A stretch of 64,000 bases of DNA. Source: Cyanophora paradoxa CCMP329 (lineage: Eukaryota > Plantae > Glaucophyta). Where the stretch lies: the NCBI GenBank assembly GCA_004431415.1, contig QPMI01000457.1:372001-436000 (forward strand), given 5' to 3'. The notes under the pieces were generated by a model. That model saw nothing but the letters and a program-made list of their open reading frames with translations, did no database searches and was not told the origin of the DNA. Of the stretch, positions 25,801 through 39,000 are shown piece after piece. The position numbers were made by a program, and so were the translations under genes. Numbering within the stretch: position 1 is the first letter of the stretch; every line of letters begins with the position of its first letter.

Positions 25801-26585
25801 GGGGGCCGCGTCCGGGGCCGCGGCGGCCGCCGCCGCGTGGGGTGGCTCCGGGCCGGCGTGGCCGACGGCGCGGCGGCCGGCAGCGGGCGGAAGTGCGCGC
25901 CGAGCGCGTTGAGGAACACGTCGCTCCTGCGCGCGCGCCGCGCGCCGCGGCCTCAGCGGCGGCGGCGGCGGCGGCGGCGTGGCGAAGCGCACCGGCCGTG
26001 GAAGCCGGCGATCTCGCAGCCGGCGGGGGCCTCGATGAGGGCGCGGTGGCCGTCGGCGCGGCCGTAGGCGCCGCTCTGGCGCCGCGTCGTGACGAGGCGG
26101 AGGCCGTGGACGAACTCGCCGTACCAGACCTCCACCGCCCGCACCCGCTCGCTCGGGTCCACCTCGAATACGCCCAGCGCGCCCCCCTTGCCCCCGTGCC
26201 GCCGCAGCTCCCGCTCCCGCCCCTCCGCGTCCGCCGCCACCACAGTTATGGCGTCCACGAACCAGCCGGCGCGGATCAGCACTTGGTGGATGCGCTCGCC
26301 GGGCTGCAGCGGGCCGTCGTCGAACCGGTCGCCGTCGGGTCCGCCGTGCACCGCGCTGGAGGACGTCGCGGGCAGCGCGGCCGGCATTGGCGCTGGCGCC
26401 GGGGCGCTCGCGTGGGGAGATGCGGTCGGAGCGCTCGGGGACGGCGTCGGCGCCGGCGCCGGCTGGGAAGCGGCCTGCTCCGCCGAGCTGGCCTGATCTA
26501 GCATTGCCGCGGGCGCTGCTGATCCTGTCGGCACTGGTTGTTCTCCCGCGGGGCCATCCTCTTGCTGCATATCGCTATCATTCAT
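22887..26585 (-). CDS. Zinc metallopeptidase (yeast YIL108W / Metallopep-like) with two N-terminal jacalin-like lectin domains
   Basis: HELGHCFGLAH (HEXXHXXGXXH) with Met-turn IMARG, and family-like motifs DGRFQAP, LMQSFTAE, AALGGGRLALFGS. Jacalin signatures HGGPDGDRF...GWFVDAI...HGGKGG...IAGFHGR..LNALG, plus a second copy ending LVGFRG. ATG at 26585. Confidence 0.85.
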
Positions 26586-26788
26586 GATTGCGATGGCTCC
26601 GGGCGTCAAAGGGAGCGCCGGCGGAGTCGCTGGCGGGTGGTGAAGTGGCTCGCCCGGGTACAGCACCAAATTGAAGGCCCGAACCGGCCGAGCTCCGTTC
26701 AGGCTCGCCGGGCCTTTTCTCAGCATGCCGTAGTCGTTGAAAGCACTGCGAGCCAGCTGGCAAGCTTCCAGCAAGCTTGCAAGGCGAA

Positions 26789-29700
26789 ATGGAATCGGCG
26801 CCCTGGGCCGAGCCGCGGAGCGAGCGGAAGCTGAGGCCGCCCCCGCAGGCCCTAGCATCAGGTAAGAGCTTTGCCCTGTGTGTTGCCGAGTGCGCGGCGG
26901 GTCCTCAGTCGCAAGCGGCTCTGCGGTCACAGTGCGGGCGTGGGGACTCGCCGCTGCCCGCTCCAGAGACCTCTAAAGGATCCCGAGCTGACGCCAGCAC
27001 ACGCAGCGCTCGCGGCGAAGAACGAGCGGCCCTGGCGCGAGAACGCGAGGATCCCCGAGTCCCCCGTCAAAGCCCACCGGCTGCCCGGGCCCGCCTCGTC
27101 CTCGTGGTCGGGGCCCCGGAGCGGCGGGGCGGGCCTGCGGGCGAGCGCGTCGGAGTCGGCGCTGCTGCGGCCGGCGCCGCGGACGCCGGGGGCGCCTCGC
27201 TACGAGCGGATCGTAACGCCCGAGGAGGAGGCCGGCGCCTACCACCTCCTCGGGGCGTACCTCACCGAGTCCTCGCGCCCCGCGCCCCTCCTGTGGCTCG
27301 CCGGCGAGGGCCCCCCCTCGCCCTCCGCGCCCAGCGACGAGGGCGACGCCGACGCCGACGGGGACGGCGACGGGCCCTCCGCCTTGCACCGCTCGGCCTC
27401 CACGCCGGCCCGCCCCGCCTCCGCCGCCGCCTCCGCCGCCGCCGCCTCCCGCTCCAGCCCGCAGCCGCGCCGCAGCGCCCGGCGCCCCCGCGCCGCCCGG
27501 CCCCCGCCGAGTCCCCGTCCACGCGGGGGCGGCCCGCGTGTACGCCCCGCCGCGGGCCGCCTCGCCGCCGCCCCCGCCGGCCGCGGCGCCGCGGCGCTGG
27601 CGGTACAGGGAGGCGATCGAGGCGGGGCGGGCGGCGGGGGAGGGCACGCCGGACCCGCCCAGCAGCAGCAGCAGCGACGAGGAGGACGACGAGGACGGCG
27701 ACGACTACGGCCGCGGCTCCGCCGTCAACGCCGTCCGCCGCCTCAGCTCCGGTCCGCCCGCGTACCCCCGTGTTCTTCCCCCCTTCTAAAACCACCACTC
27801 GGCAGCGACCTTCTCGCCGCTCACCTCCCCGACGGCTCTGGCGGGGGCGGGGGCGGCGGCGGGAACGGGGGCGGCGGCGGGAACGGGGGCGGGAGCGCCC
27901 AGCCCCGGCCGGCGGCCGGCCTCGCCCTCCTCGCCCGGCGGGGCCCCCTCGTCTCGCGGGGGCGCCGCCTCCCCCTCCCGCAACGCGCAGCGCCGGGCCA
28001 CGCTCCTGCTTTTCGTCCCCTCCGCCCGCCCCGGCCTCGGCTACGGCGTGCGTCGTACCCCCCTCTTGCCCCGGCGCGCACGCCGCCGCAGCTAACATCC
28101 TCGCCCTCCGCCGGCTACCCTGCAGCCGCTCTCGTCGGGGCGGCCGGTGCCCGAGGAGAAGCCGCACCCCCTGCTCGACCGCGTCCTCCGCCGCCCCGCC
28201 TCCTCTCTCCGCCGCGGTGATCCCGTACCCCCCGCGCCCCATGCCCGCCCCTCAATCTTCGCCGCAGCGGTCAACACGAGCCTGCCCAACTTCCGCTCCT
28301 ACGCCCGAGCCGACCCCCTCCTGAAGGTGCGCGCGCCCCTCGGAGCCCCCCCGGGCGGCGCCTGACGGGCGGGCTGGGGGGCAGATCATGCGGCGGCTGC
28401 GGGCGCTGCGGACGGGCGTCTCGGGCTGCTCCTACTCCGACTACTGCCCCACGTGCGCCATCGACGCCGACCACCAGGTGCGAACGAAGTAGCAGAGCAA
28501 GAATGAAAAGTAAGATAAGCTTAAGAAGCTTAACCGCGGGGCGGGCAGCTGCGGCAGCTGGCGGCGGCGATCCTGCTGGAGGCGGCGGGGCGGCGCTTCC
28601 TGGCCCGCGGCGAGCGCGCCCGCCTCCGCCGCGAGCGTGCCCTCGAGTCCCGTGCCGTCGTCCCCCTCCGCTACAGTCCGCCCCCCGAAGCTTAAGAGTT
28701 TGGATAGGAATCTTACTCACGGGGGCGCGCAGGCCTCGTGCGGGGGGCGGCCAGCGGCGTCTTCGGCATGCTCCTCGCCTGGCGCAGGGTCCGCCCCCCG
28801 CCCGCCCACCCCCCCAGCGCCCCAGCGCCCGCCCCGCCGAGCGGCCTGCGTGCGGCAGGGGCGGGCGCGGTGCGCGACGGTGATCCAGGCGGCGGCGCGG
28901 CGGCGGGCGGTGCGGCGCGTGTACCGGATCCTCTCGCGCTACCGCTCCTTCCTCGCCGCCGTCTTCTACCTCCGCTGGCGCAACGCCTACCGCCGCCACA
29001 AGGTGCCCGTCCTTGCTCGCTCTCTTTCCTTGGACTTGCTTTTCCCGCCCGGCTGCCCCTGACGCCTCCGCCGCGCCAGCGCGCCGTGCTGGTGATCGAG
29101 CGGGCGTGGATCGCCTGGCTCTACCGGCGGAGCCTCGAGGGCCAGTTCTACGCCCACGTCGCCGCTGCCACCGCCATCCAGGCCGTCTACCGAAGGCGAG
29201 CCTTCGCCCGCGCCCGCGCGCCGCTCTGCGCCGCTGACGGCGCCGCCGCCGGCCGCGCAGGCACCTGGTCAACGCGGCGGCGCGAGCACTGCTGGGCGCG
29301 CGGCTGCTGGCGCGCTGGCGCCGGGAGATGGAGGAGGCCGTGGTGCGGATGCAGGCGGTCTGGCGGCGCCGCATGGTCGTGCGCATGCTGCAGAGCCGCA
29401 TGCTGCTGGCGCGGCATTACACGCGGCGCTGGCGCGGCTGCTCGCGGCTGCAGCAGCTCCGTAACGCCGTCACGCGGGTCGTGCAGCGCCAGAGGGAGGC
29501 GGCGTGGGTCCTCCAGGCCGCCACCCGCCGCCGCCTCGCCGCCCGCCTCCTCGCCCGCCTCCGCGCCGCCCGCGCCGCGACGCGCATCCAGGCCGTCTTC
29601 CGCCGCCGCTTCGCCGGCCGCCTCGCCGCGCTCCGCCGCTCGGCCCACGCCGCGCGGCGGGCCTTCAAGGGGCGGGCACCGTCGCGCTCGCCGCCGTCCG

Positions 29701-31687
29701 CTTCCGGCGCCTCCTCGCGGAGGCGCGCGCCCGCAAGCACGCCAAGGCCGTCGCCCTCTTCCGCCGCGCCGTCCGCCCCTGGCCCCGGCCCTGGCCCCGC
29801 CCATCGCGAGGCTGGACCCGCTGACGGGCCCGGGCAGACGCTCGTCTTCGTGGCCAAGCGGCGCTTCCGGCAGCTCAGGGAGGCCAAGGCCCGGCGGGAG
29901 GCGGCGGCGGTCATCCGCGCCGCCATCCTCCGCCGGGCCGCGCAGCGCGAGGCGGAGCGCCGCCGCCGCGCCCTCCTCCTCATCCAGCGCCGCCTCCGGC
30001 AGTGGCGCAGCCGCCGCGCCCGCTCCAACCTCAAGGCGCGCCTGGGGCCGGCCCCGCCCGCCCCTCGCCCTCGCTGACGCTGGGCTGGGGGCGGGCGCAG
30101 GCGCAGGCGCGGAAGCGGGCGGACTGGCTGGTGACGCAGGGCATGACCGAGCTCGCCGTGCGCCTTTCCCACCCGTCCCGGCCCGTCCTCGCCTCGCCCC
30201 GCCTCGCCGACGGGGCGGCAGCGGGTGGCGCGCTCGACGGCCCTCTTCGTCGACTTCGCCGAGCTCTCCCGCGTCCTCGAGGCGAGCCGCCCGCCCGCCC
30301 GGCCCTCGAGCTCCCCGCGCCCACGCCGCCCGCCCGGCCCCACTGACTGACGGCCGCGGGCAGAGCCTGTACGCGCACCGGCGCGCCCTCCGCGTCGTCT
30401 TCGTCTACTACTGCATGGCCGGCGCCTCCGACTTCGTCGCGCGAGGCCCGCCCCGCCGCCCGCCCGCCCGCCCTCGACAAGAGCCGAAGGCTGACCGGGG
30501 CTGACTGAGGCGGCGGGGCGCAGCGTTCGCGATGCGGTTCGCGCGGGCGCTGCGGATGCTCGAGGAGTGCGGCATCGTCGCCCCGAGCTCGAGCTCGAGC
30601 TCGAGCTCGAGCGCGGCGCCGGCCCGCGCCGCTTCCTTCGCTTCTGTACCCCCCGAGGCCCTCGCCCTCGCCCGCTCCGCTTCCCTCTCCAGCCTGCCCC
30701 CTCCGCCCTCGCCCCAGGGCCTCGGCGAGGGCCTGGGCGGAGACGCTGTGGCCGGCGAGGGCTGCGAGGGCGGCGTGGCGAAGCCGGCCGAGGGGCAGCA
30801 GCCGAAGGGGCGGCCGGCGGCGCGGCTGCCGGCCGGGTTCCGCGGGATCGCCCGCAACGCGGCGCAGCTCGTGATCTCGAGCGTCTCCCGGGGGCCCCTC
30901 GTCGACGCGGGCGAGGAGGTCGCCACCGGCACGCCGCCGGGGAGCCCCTTCCCGGAGGCCCCCGGGTCGCCCCTGCCCGTGCGCGCCCGCCCTCCCCGCC
31001 GCCCCGCCTCTCACGGCCCCTGCAGGCGAGCCCGGCGCGGCCCGGCGCGGGCTCCTTCCGCTCGCCCTCCTTCTCGCGGGTGGCGGGGGACCCGCCGCCG
31101 CTGGCGCTGGCGCGGGCGGCGTCGTTCCGGCGGGCGCGGGCCGCCGTGCGCTCCCTGCCCGACGTCTCGGAGACGGACGCGCCCTCGAGCTCCGAGCCCG
31201 ACGCGCCGGCCCAGCAGCGCCCGGGCTCGGCCCAGTTCGAGCGCCCGGGCTCGGCACAGTCGCAGCGGCCGGGCTCGGCCCAGTCCCAGCGGCCGGGCTC
31301 GGCGCAGTCGCAGCGCCCCGGCTCGGCCCAGCGTGTCGACCAGGAGGCGGCGGGGTCCGCCCCGACCGGCGCCAGGCGATCCTCCCGCGCCCTCGCCGCC
31401 GCCGCCTCCACCGCCGCCGCCGTCGCCGTCGGAAGCTCGTGCGCCCCGCCTCGTACCCCCCGCCATCCCCCCCCCCCCATCCTTACGCCCGGGCCCAGGG
31501 AGGACGGGAGCGGCGGGGCCCTCTCCCTCGTGCGCCTGTACCCCCCTCCCCACCTCCTTGCCCCACCCTGACGGGCCGGTACTCTCAGGCTGAGTTCACG
31601 GAGCTGCTGGTGCGCCTCGCGGTACCCGTCTTCAGCGAGCTGCCGGACCTGCGCCCGGGCCAGAGCCCCCTCGCCCTGGTCCGCTTC

Positions 31688-31720
<33 letters not shown>

Positions 31721-32439
31721 TCTCAAGCTTCGTTCGCAGCGGGTGGAGGGCCTCATGGTGGCGTTCCTCGAGCCGCTGGCGGCGCGGTGCGAGGCGGAGC
31801 TGCTGCCACCGCGGGGCGCCCCGCCCCCCGCCCTCGCCTTCGCCCCCGCCATCGCGCCCTTCGAGCCCTACCTCCGCCGCCTCTTCAAGGAGCACGCCTC
31901 GCGCCCCTCCTCCGCCGGCCACCCCGCGTGCGCTTTCCCTTTAATCTGTTCTTCTCGCCTTCCCGCCCCCGCCGGCCTCACGCGCGCGCGCGCGCGTCTC
32001 GCAGGCCGGCGCCGGCGCTGAACGCGGGCGGGGGCCCGGGGGCGCCCCGCGGTCGCGGGGCGGCGCCTCCGGCCCGACGCTGGGCCTGGGCGCCTTCGTG
32101 CAGCTGGCGCGCGCCGCCGGCGTCGTCGGCTCCTCGCTCTCCGTCTTCGCGGCGATGCGCGCCTTCGTGCGGGCCGGCGGCGAGCGCCTCGCCGCCTTCG
32201 TCGAGGAGGAGGGGAGCGGCGAGGCCCTCCCCTCGTACCTCGTCCTCGACTTCGACCGCTTCGTCGACGCCCTCGCCCGCTGCGCCGAGGCCAGCGCCGC
32301 CGCCGGCGGCTCCCGCCTCGGCCTGGGCTCCCAGGAGGCGCCCCTCGCCCCCGGGGCCGCCCCCGCCCCCGCGCCGCCCCTCACCGAGGCCTTCCTCACG
32401 CGCTTCCTCTCCCGCGCCCTCCGCGTCTCTGTACCCTGA
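26789..32439 (+). CDS. IQ-motif repeat (calmodulin/centrin-binding) protein with degenerate EF-hand-like C-terminus; possibly flagellar
   Basis: IQ-like motifs ATVIQAAARRR, ATAIQAVYR, VVRMQAVWRRR, AWVLQAATRRR, ATRIQAVFRRR, LLLIQRRLRQW. C-terminal LRVVFVYYC / EFTELLVRLA / LDFDRFVDALARCA. Stop TGA at 32437-32439. The 5' part is less certain. Confidence 0.7.
31215..31332 (+). repeat. Coding 24-bp tandem repeat x5 (xQRPGSAQ)
   Basis: QQRPGSAQFERPGSAQSQRPGSAQSQRPGSAQSQRPGSAQR. Confidence 0.85.
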
Positions 32440-32736
32440 GAGGAGAGGGGCGGGCCCCTGCGCCGGCCCGGCCCCTCCAGTTTTCGCGTATCCATCCATC
32501 TCGATGCGCTTAGCCAGTGAGATTACGAGTGTATTGGCAGTTGCCGCAGCTTTCATCATTTGTATGCGTATTTATGCAATGTAGGGATCAGCTGCAGGTA
32601 AGTCTCAGGTTAAGCTGCGGCTGCAGTCGGGTTCATCGTTAGTCGCTTTATATTTTGTAGCCAGCGCATTCGAATGCATATGTAAAGGTACGGCTAGCTA
32701 TAGCGCATTTTTTGAAGTACCAGTGCAAGAATCTCA

Positions 32737-34715
32737 TCATTCGCGATCAAATTCTAATCGGACGCTGGCGCCGGGGAGCCAGCTCCTGAGGAGGCTCTCG
32801 GCGATCTCGCCTTGGATGGCGCAGGGGATGTAAGGGCCGGGCCGCGGGACGAGGGAGACCTCCAGCTCGAGGCTGGCCCCGGGGCGCAGCGGCGCCAGGC
32901 CCTGCACATGCTTTTCGAAGACGATAAATCAAATCATGAAAGCGGAAATCACGCTCGCCTTGAGGAGGAGCAGGTTGGGGAGGGCGCCCATGAGGGAGCA
33001 GGCGACGGTGGCCTTGGTGAGGCGGGGGCGGGCGGCGACGAGGGCGGCCACCTCGCGGCGCGCGAGGGCCCGCCGGGGGCACGCGAGGTCGAGCGAGGCC
33101 AGGCGTCCCGCGAAGGCCTCCAGGATCTCCACGCCCGCCGCCTCGGGCACGCCTGCGGGGGCCGGGGCCGGAGGTTAAGCGAAGGGCGCTGGGGGCGGGG
33201 CGTGGCGGGGCGGGCCGGATAGGGTGAGGCGGAAGGCGAGGTCGGGGTGGGCGGCGGCGCGGAGGGCGAGGAGGGCCCGCGCCCCCTCGCCGCCGCCCTC
33301 GCCGCCGCCCTCGCCCTCGCCGCTCAGGTCGAGGATCACGTCGAGTGAGCGGAGGGAGGGGATGCGCCCGAGCGCCGCCAGCTCGTCCACCGCGAGCGCC
33401 GCGCCCTCCTTCCCGATCTGAGGAGCGACGCTTCAGAGGAAGTATGGGCGCGCGGCGGGGCGGGGCGGGGCGGGGCGGAGGAAGTTGCCTTGATGCCACG
33501 AAGGGTCTCGAGGGCCGGGAAGCGGGTCAGCGCCCGCAGGACGGCCCCGTCGCTGCGCGGAGGAAGCGGCGGCGGGTCAGCCGCGGCGCGCCACGGTGCC
33601 GGCTGCAATCTAAGCGGCACGCGCCAGGTGGGCTTGAGGATGAGGCGGCGGAGCGAGCGGCCGGCGGGAGAGGCGGCCAGCTCCTCGAGCCCCTCGAGGG
33701 CCTTCTCACCCGCTTCGAACAGGTTGAGGTCCTCGAGGCCGCTGATGGCCCCCATGGCCGCCACGGCGGCCGGCGAGGAGAGCGGGAGGTCGGCGCTGCG
33801 GAGGGAGGGCGCGAGGTACTCGGCGATGGTCTTGGCGGCGCGCTCGTCGATGGCGTACGCCGGGGAGTCGAGGGAGGCGAGGTTGAGGCTTCGGAGGGCG
33901 CCCCCGAGGGGCTCCAGCAGCGCCCGCAGGTCGGGGGCGCTCGGCGTGTACGGGCGCGGCGGGAGGACGGGCGCGTCGTCGCGGTCGGCGTCGAGCTCGG
34001 GCGGGAGGGAGAGGTGGATGGCGATCGTGGCCGCGCCGCCGCTGGCGGGCTTGCCCGCGGCGAGCTCCAGCGGCTGCACGGCGCCGAGGACGGCGAGCAG
34101 CAGCGAGGCGGCCACGTCGCGCGCGTAGTTCGAGATGGGGAAGGTCCCGTAGCACTCGCCGGCGAGCTTCACGCTGACGAACACGTCGCCCAGGCGGCCG
34201 GCGGGGCCGTCGCGGCAGGCGGAGGCGTGGACCTCGGCGAGGAGCGAGGCCGCCGCGGCGAAGGTGCCGGCGACGTGCTCGCTCACCACCGTCGTCATGG
34301 CGCTCATCTCGTCCAAGTAGCCAGAGCGGTACGGGTCGTCCGGATCCTCTGGCGCTCGAAAGCGCTCACGCTCCTCGTCGGTCAAGTCCCAGCGGTCGTC
34401 GTCGGCGCCGTTCCACGGCTGAAGGAACAGATCCACGTCCGCCCCGCCGCGGACGCGCAGCCGGCCGTCCCGCACGAGCGCCGCGGCGCCGCGGAGGAGC
34501 TCCGGCCCCCGCGCCAGCGGCAGGGAGACCCGAGGCCAGCGGTGCGCGCGGATCGCTGCGCGCCAGCGGCCGCACACGCCGCGCAGGCGCCACACGTCGT
34601 CGATGTCGAGCTGCTCGAAGACGCGGCACAGGACAGCGTCCGGAAGCGCGCCGATGGGGCTCACGCCGTCTTTTTCGTCGCCGCTGGTGCGGGCGCGCTT
34701 CGCCGGGCGCTCCAT
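32737..34715 (-). CDS. F-box protein with degenerate LRR/RNI-like C-terminus (paralog A)
   Basis: MERPAKRAR (NLS-like) followed by the F-box IGALPDAVLCRVFEQLDIDDVWRLRGVCGRWR; LxxLxL repeats (LRSLNLA, LEDLNL, LRRLIL); spliced end ...RLEFDRE* at 32737. Confidence 0.85.
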
Positions 34716-35073
34716 GTCGGACTGGGACGATATTCGCGGCCGCGGATCGGTCCTCTTCGCTTCTCGAGCGAGCCCCGGAGTACTAGTGCCAGCCTGCCGC
34801 TGGGCTCGGCTGCAGCTACGAGTCGCGGAGCTGAGAGCCCGTATGCGCAGCGGCCTCAGCTGCAACCTGCGGTTCGCGTGAGCTATGTCACACGGTGTGA
34901 GCGGATCAAGCGTTAGCGGACCGCGGCCGCGGCAGTTACTCGCCCGTGGTAGTTACTAAGCCGCCAGTTACACTTAGTCTCTCCAGATACGATCGCGACC
35001 GATCGCACCGGTGAGGGCCGCGAGGCTGAAGCCGCTAGCACAGGGCTGCTTCACAGTTACTAAGCCGGCAGTT

Positions 35074-36038
35074 TTTTTTGCCAAAGCCCATATCAAGGGC
35101 AGGACGATTGTATTAGTTCAGTAACTTTATCGTACGCACTACCGGTTCGGAATGGGCCGAACTCTGGGTCAGAGCATAACCTGAGGCCGGGACACAGGGA
35201 TAGGCGCTTCGACGCTACGGCTGAGCGTTTCTCTTGTAGGGGGGGAGCGTGGTAGGGGACCGTTGTTGAGAGATGTAGATGCGGAAGCCGTAGCCCCTAG
35301 GGGGCCTTTGTTGAGAGTGTAGAGGCGGGAGTCGCGGCTCCAAGGGGGCCCTTCTGGGGAGGCGGGGGTAGGGAGGGGGGGGAAGGGGTGGGGCGGCGCG
35401 GGCGAGGGTAGCGGGCGCGCCCCTTATTTTTATTGTGCGTGGGGCGCGGGGGTGTTTATGAGCCCGAGGGGCGGGCGGTGGCGGGCGGGGTGGCCGCCCT
35501 GGTGGGGTCGTGGGAAGGAGGGGCGTGGTGGAGGCGGAGGCCGCGGGGCTAGGCTGTCGCTAGCGTTCGGGCCAGGGGAGTGCTTAGGAGGGTGGGGCGG
35601 CCCGCGGGCGGGCAGGGCTTTTCGCGAGGGGGGGGTGAGGGGGTGTCATTGCTTCATAGAGCTATCTAACTCAGAAAGGGAGGGCGGTGGGCGTTCATAG
35701 CGCCCCCTCCGTCGGCAGTCTGGCTACCGTAAATCGTGGAAAAGAGAATAAAGAAAGCGGAGGCCGAGGCGGCGAGGGAAGCGGGGCCGCGGGGGCCTAC
35801 AGAAAAGAGAAAATCTACGCTGCCGCGTTGTCGGCGGCGGCCGCCCGGCGGCCTGCCAGGAAGGCCTCGACCGCGGCGGGGCCCCCGAGGGCCGAGGTGA
35901 GCTCGGCGAGCACGCGCTGGGCCGCCTGGTAATTGGTGAGCGAGATGGTAGCCGGCCCGGGCCGGGGGCGGGGGCCGGGCCCGGGCAGGCGCGGGCACGG
36001 GGGCGGCGGCCGCGGCCGGCGCCGGGGCGGCGGCGGCA

Positions 36039-36069
<31 letters not shown>

Positions 36070-39000
36070 CGGCGGCGTCGGCGGCGGCGATGGGGGCGGC
36101 GGCGGCGGCGGGGGCGGCGGCGCCACCCTTGCGCTTCTTGAGGGCGTCGGGGCCGAAGCGCTCGATGGCGCGCTTGCGCGACTGGGCGGCGATGTCCGCC
36201 GCGATCTGGGCAGCCTCCTGGGGGGTCTTGTACCGGGTTGAGCCAGAGCGGTTCTGCCCGGAAGCGGTCTCGCGTGAGCGGCAGGGATGTAACTGCGCGG
36301 TGCGGTGGGCAACGCAGAGGGAGCGGGCCGGACTCCGGCGGTCGGAGGAGCGTGAGGGCGCGCACCGCTGGCGCTAGGGGGCCCTGCATGGGGAGGAGAG
36401 AGGCGTACGAGCGGAAACGGAGCTCGGCGCCCAGTGCATTGAGGCCGAGCGCTCGTGCTGCTGCCGCGTACTTCTTCGGGACTAGCTCCGGCATCTCCTC
36501 TGCGGCGAAGAGTTTCCATAGCGCGAAGGAGGGATCGCAGAGCGCGCGGATGTACGTGCCTGCTTGGGCGAGGAGACGGCTCTCCACGTCAAGCGCGCCG
36601 AGGCCACCGTGTGACGGCGGGAGGACGGCCTTGGCACGCGAGATCCGGCCGCGGGCTGTGCGTTTGCTGGGGGACGCCTCTGCCGAGGGTGGCCAGATGG
36701 CCGCCCAGTATTCATCCTTGATGGCCCGGAGCGCCGCAGGGGGGCAGGGGAGGAAAGCAGCCGCGTACATGTTAACTGATGCGACGATGGCCGTGGCTAC
36801 GTAGACCCGCTGGTGAGCACGCATCGCTCGTAGATTCCAGCGTGCCCTGCGGCTGCGCATCCCGTCTACACGCTTGGCCCAGTAAGGGTTGGCATCGAAA
36901 TCGCCGCGCGGGCCTAACGGGATACTTAGCGTGGACGTGGTCTTGACCCAGCGGATCGGGATCGTTTGGGTCCATTCGGGAAGAGTCGTTGGCTTGCCTG
37001 GTTGTTTGGGAGGTGCTGCTGCACCGGCGAGCATGCCTTCGGTTTTGCTGAGATTGAGCGAGGATCCGTTGTAGCGGCCCGCCTTCTGATACTTAGCTAT
37101 GGTTTTCTTCACCGGGAGACCTGGGTCGGGGCTGCGGGGGTTGATCTTGAGCGAGTGCGCTGCGTCGTCCGCGTATTGGACCAGCTTGGATTCGAGCCGG
37201 GGCTCTTTGGGGGTGGGTACGCCGGTAATTTCCGGGTCCGCGAGGATGTCGCGCGTGGTGGGTTCTTGCTGAGTGTTAAAGAACATACATGCGAAAGGAT
37301 CGCCCTGGAGCGCGCTGCGCGTGACAGGAATAATGATGGGGTAGATGGTACCGTTGATCATAACTTTTGATCGTGCGCCCTTCGTGATGGCGCGGACATC
37401 CGCCAGGAATTCAGGCGGGAAGCCTTGAACGGCGAGGACCCGGAGTGCGTACAGGTGCTCTACGCGGTCATAAGCTTTCTCGAAGTCAGTATTCAGGATT
37501 ACTACATGTTGATCCGTGCGGTTCGCGTGTCGGATAACCGCCTGCATCTGCCAAACATTATCTGAGCCGTTGCGGTCTTGCATGAACCCCGTTTGGACGG
37601 AGCTGATCGTGTGCTGGCAAGCGGGCGCGATGCGCTTTGCCAAGACCGCCCCGAGGAGGCGGCGGTCTATCTGCAGGAGTGTGATAGGCCTCCAGTTCTG
37701 GATCTTATCGCGGTCGCCCTTTTTGTAGAGGAGCTGGATAAGCCCCGTCCGCTGGCGCTCAGACAGGATTCCAAGTGCGCGCGCGCAGTTGTAGCTTTCC
37801 GTGACTAGGGGGCCGAGGACGTCCCAGAACTCTAGATAGAATTTGACTGTGAGGCCGTCCTCGCCCGGCGCTGTCGCTTTGTTCATGTCTCTTAGGCACG
37901 CCTCGACTTCGCCGACCGTATAGGGGGCGCGCATCGGGGGGTGCAGGGGCGGGGGCGCTGTATCTAGGCAGCGGGAGAGGAGCTCCGCCTCTTCGTGGGA
38001 GAGGGGGTCGGCTGGCGTGAGGAGATGGGCGGCTCGCAGCTTGGCGACGACTGCCGGGAAGGCGTCGGCTGCCGCCGGCGTCACGTCCACGGGGCTCGAG
38101 GCTCCGGGATCCGGATTCGGGCGAGCGCCATCTGGCTCAGACCCCGGTGCTTGCGGGTTCGGCCAAGCCGTTCCCGGGAGCGGGCGAGCGCCATCTGGCT
38201 CGGACCCCGCGGGGGCGTCTGGGCGAGCAGGTGAATGCTCATGCGCCCGCGCAGGAGGAAGCCGCGGCGGTGCCGGCGGGTCTTGGCCGGGGGGGTCGGG
38301 GGGGAGCGGGCGCTGGGCGGCGAGAAGCTCCGTGTAGTACGCGCAGGCGATCTCCGCGATGTCCGCCTCCGACGTAGCCGCGGGGGTACCCTCGCTCGGG
38401 GGGTACGGCTGCAGCGAGCGCATGTGGTTATCAGCCGAGGAGTACTTGATGTGGCGCGCTAGGTCCGGGGGGACGGCGTGCGCATGAGCGAGAGAGCGTT
38501 CTAGGTGTTTGCGTGAGCTTAGGGCGGCGTCCGCGGCGTCGAGCGCTGCTTCCTGGACGGCTAGGTAGCCCATGTCGGCGACGGCATAGTCTTCTTCGGT
38601 AGTGTCCACTTCCGCGTCCTGGAGCGCTTGCTCTGCGTCGCGCCATAGGCCTGCGATCGACTCGCGCGCATCGCGGATTGCGGAGTCAGCCTGAGGGCGG
38701 GTCCGGCGGGCTATCTCCCTGTACTCGGCGAAGAGGTCGTCTAGCCAGGCTTGCCAGGCTGCGGTGCGGAGGGGCGGCTGCTGCGGCAACGCGACTGCCG
38801 TGCGCGCCCGTACCGCCTGCTGGAATTGGGGTGTTGGAGGACGCGGTCGAGAAGCCGGAAGCGCGCAGCGCGGGGCTTGATGACGGCGTCGGTGTGGAGA
38901 CGCGCGTACACTGCGTCATGGTCCGGGCGCGGGGCCGCGCCCGCTGTGCGGAGGACGCCGACGCGTTCCGCCGCGACGCAGAGGTCGGCGGACAGGAAGA

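Noticed and set aside
35058-35073. Shared CCGGCAGTT/GCCGG between the LINE TSD, LTR TSD and LTR 3' hairpins
   Set aside because: Short GC-rich palindromic words are very common here, so coincidence is sufficient.
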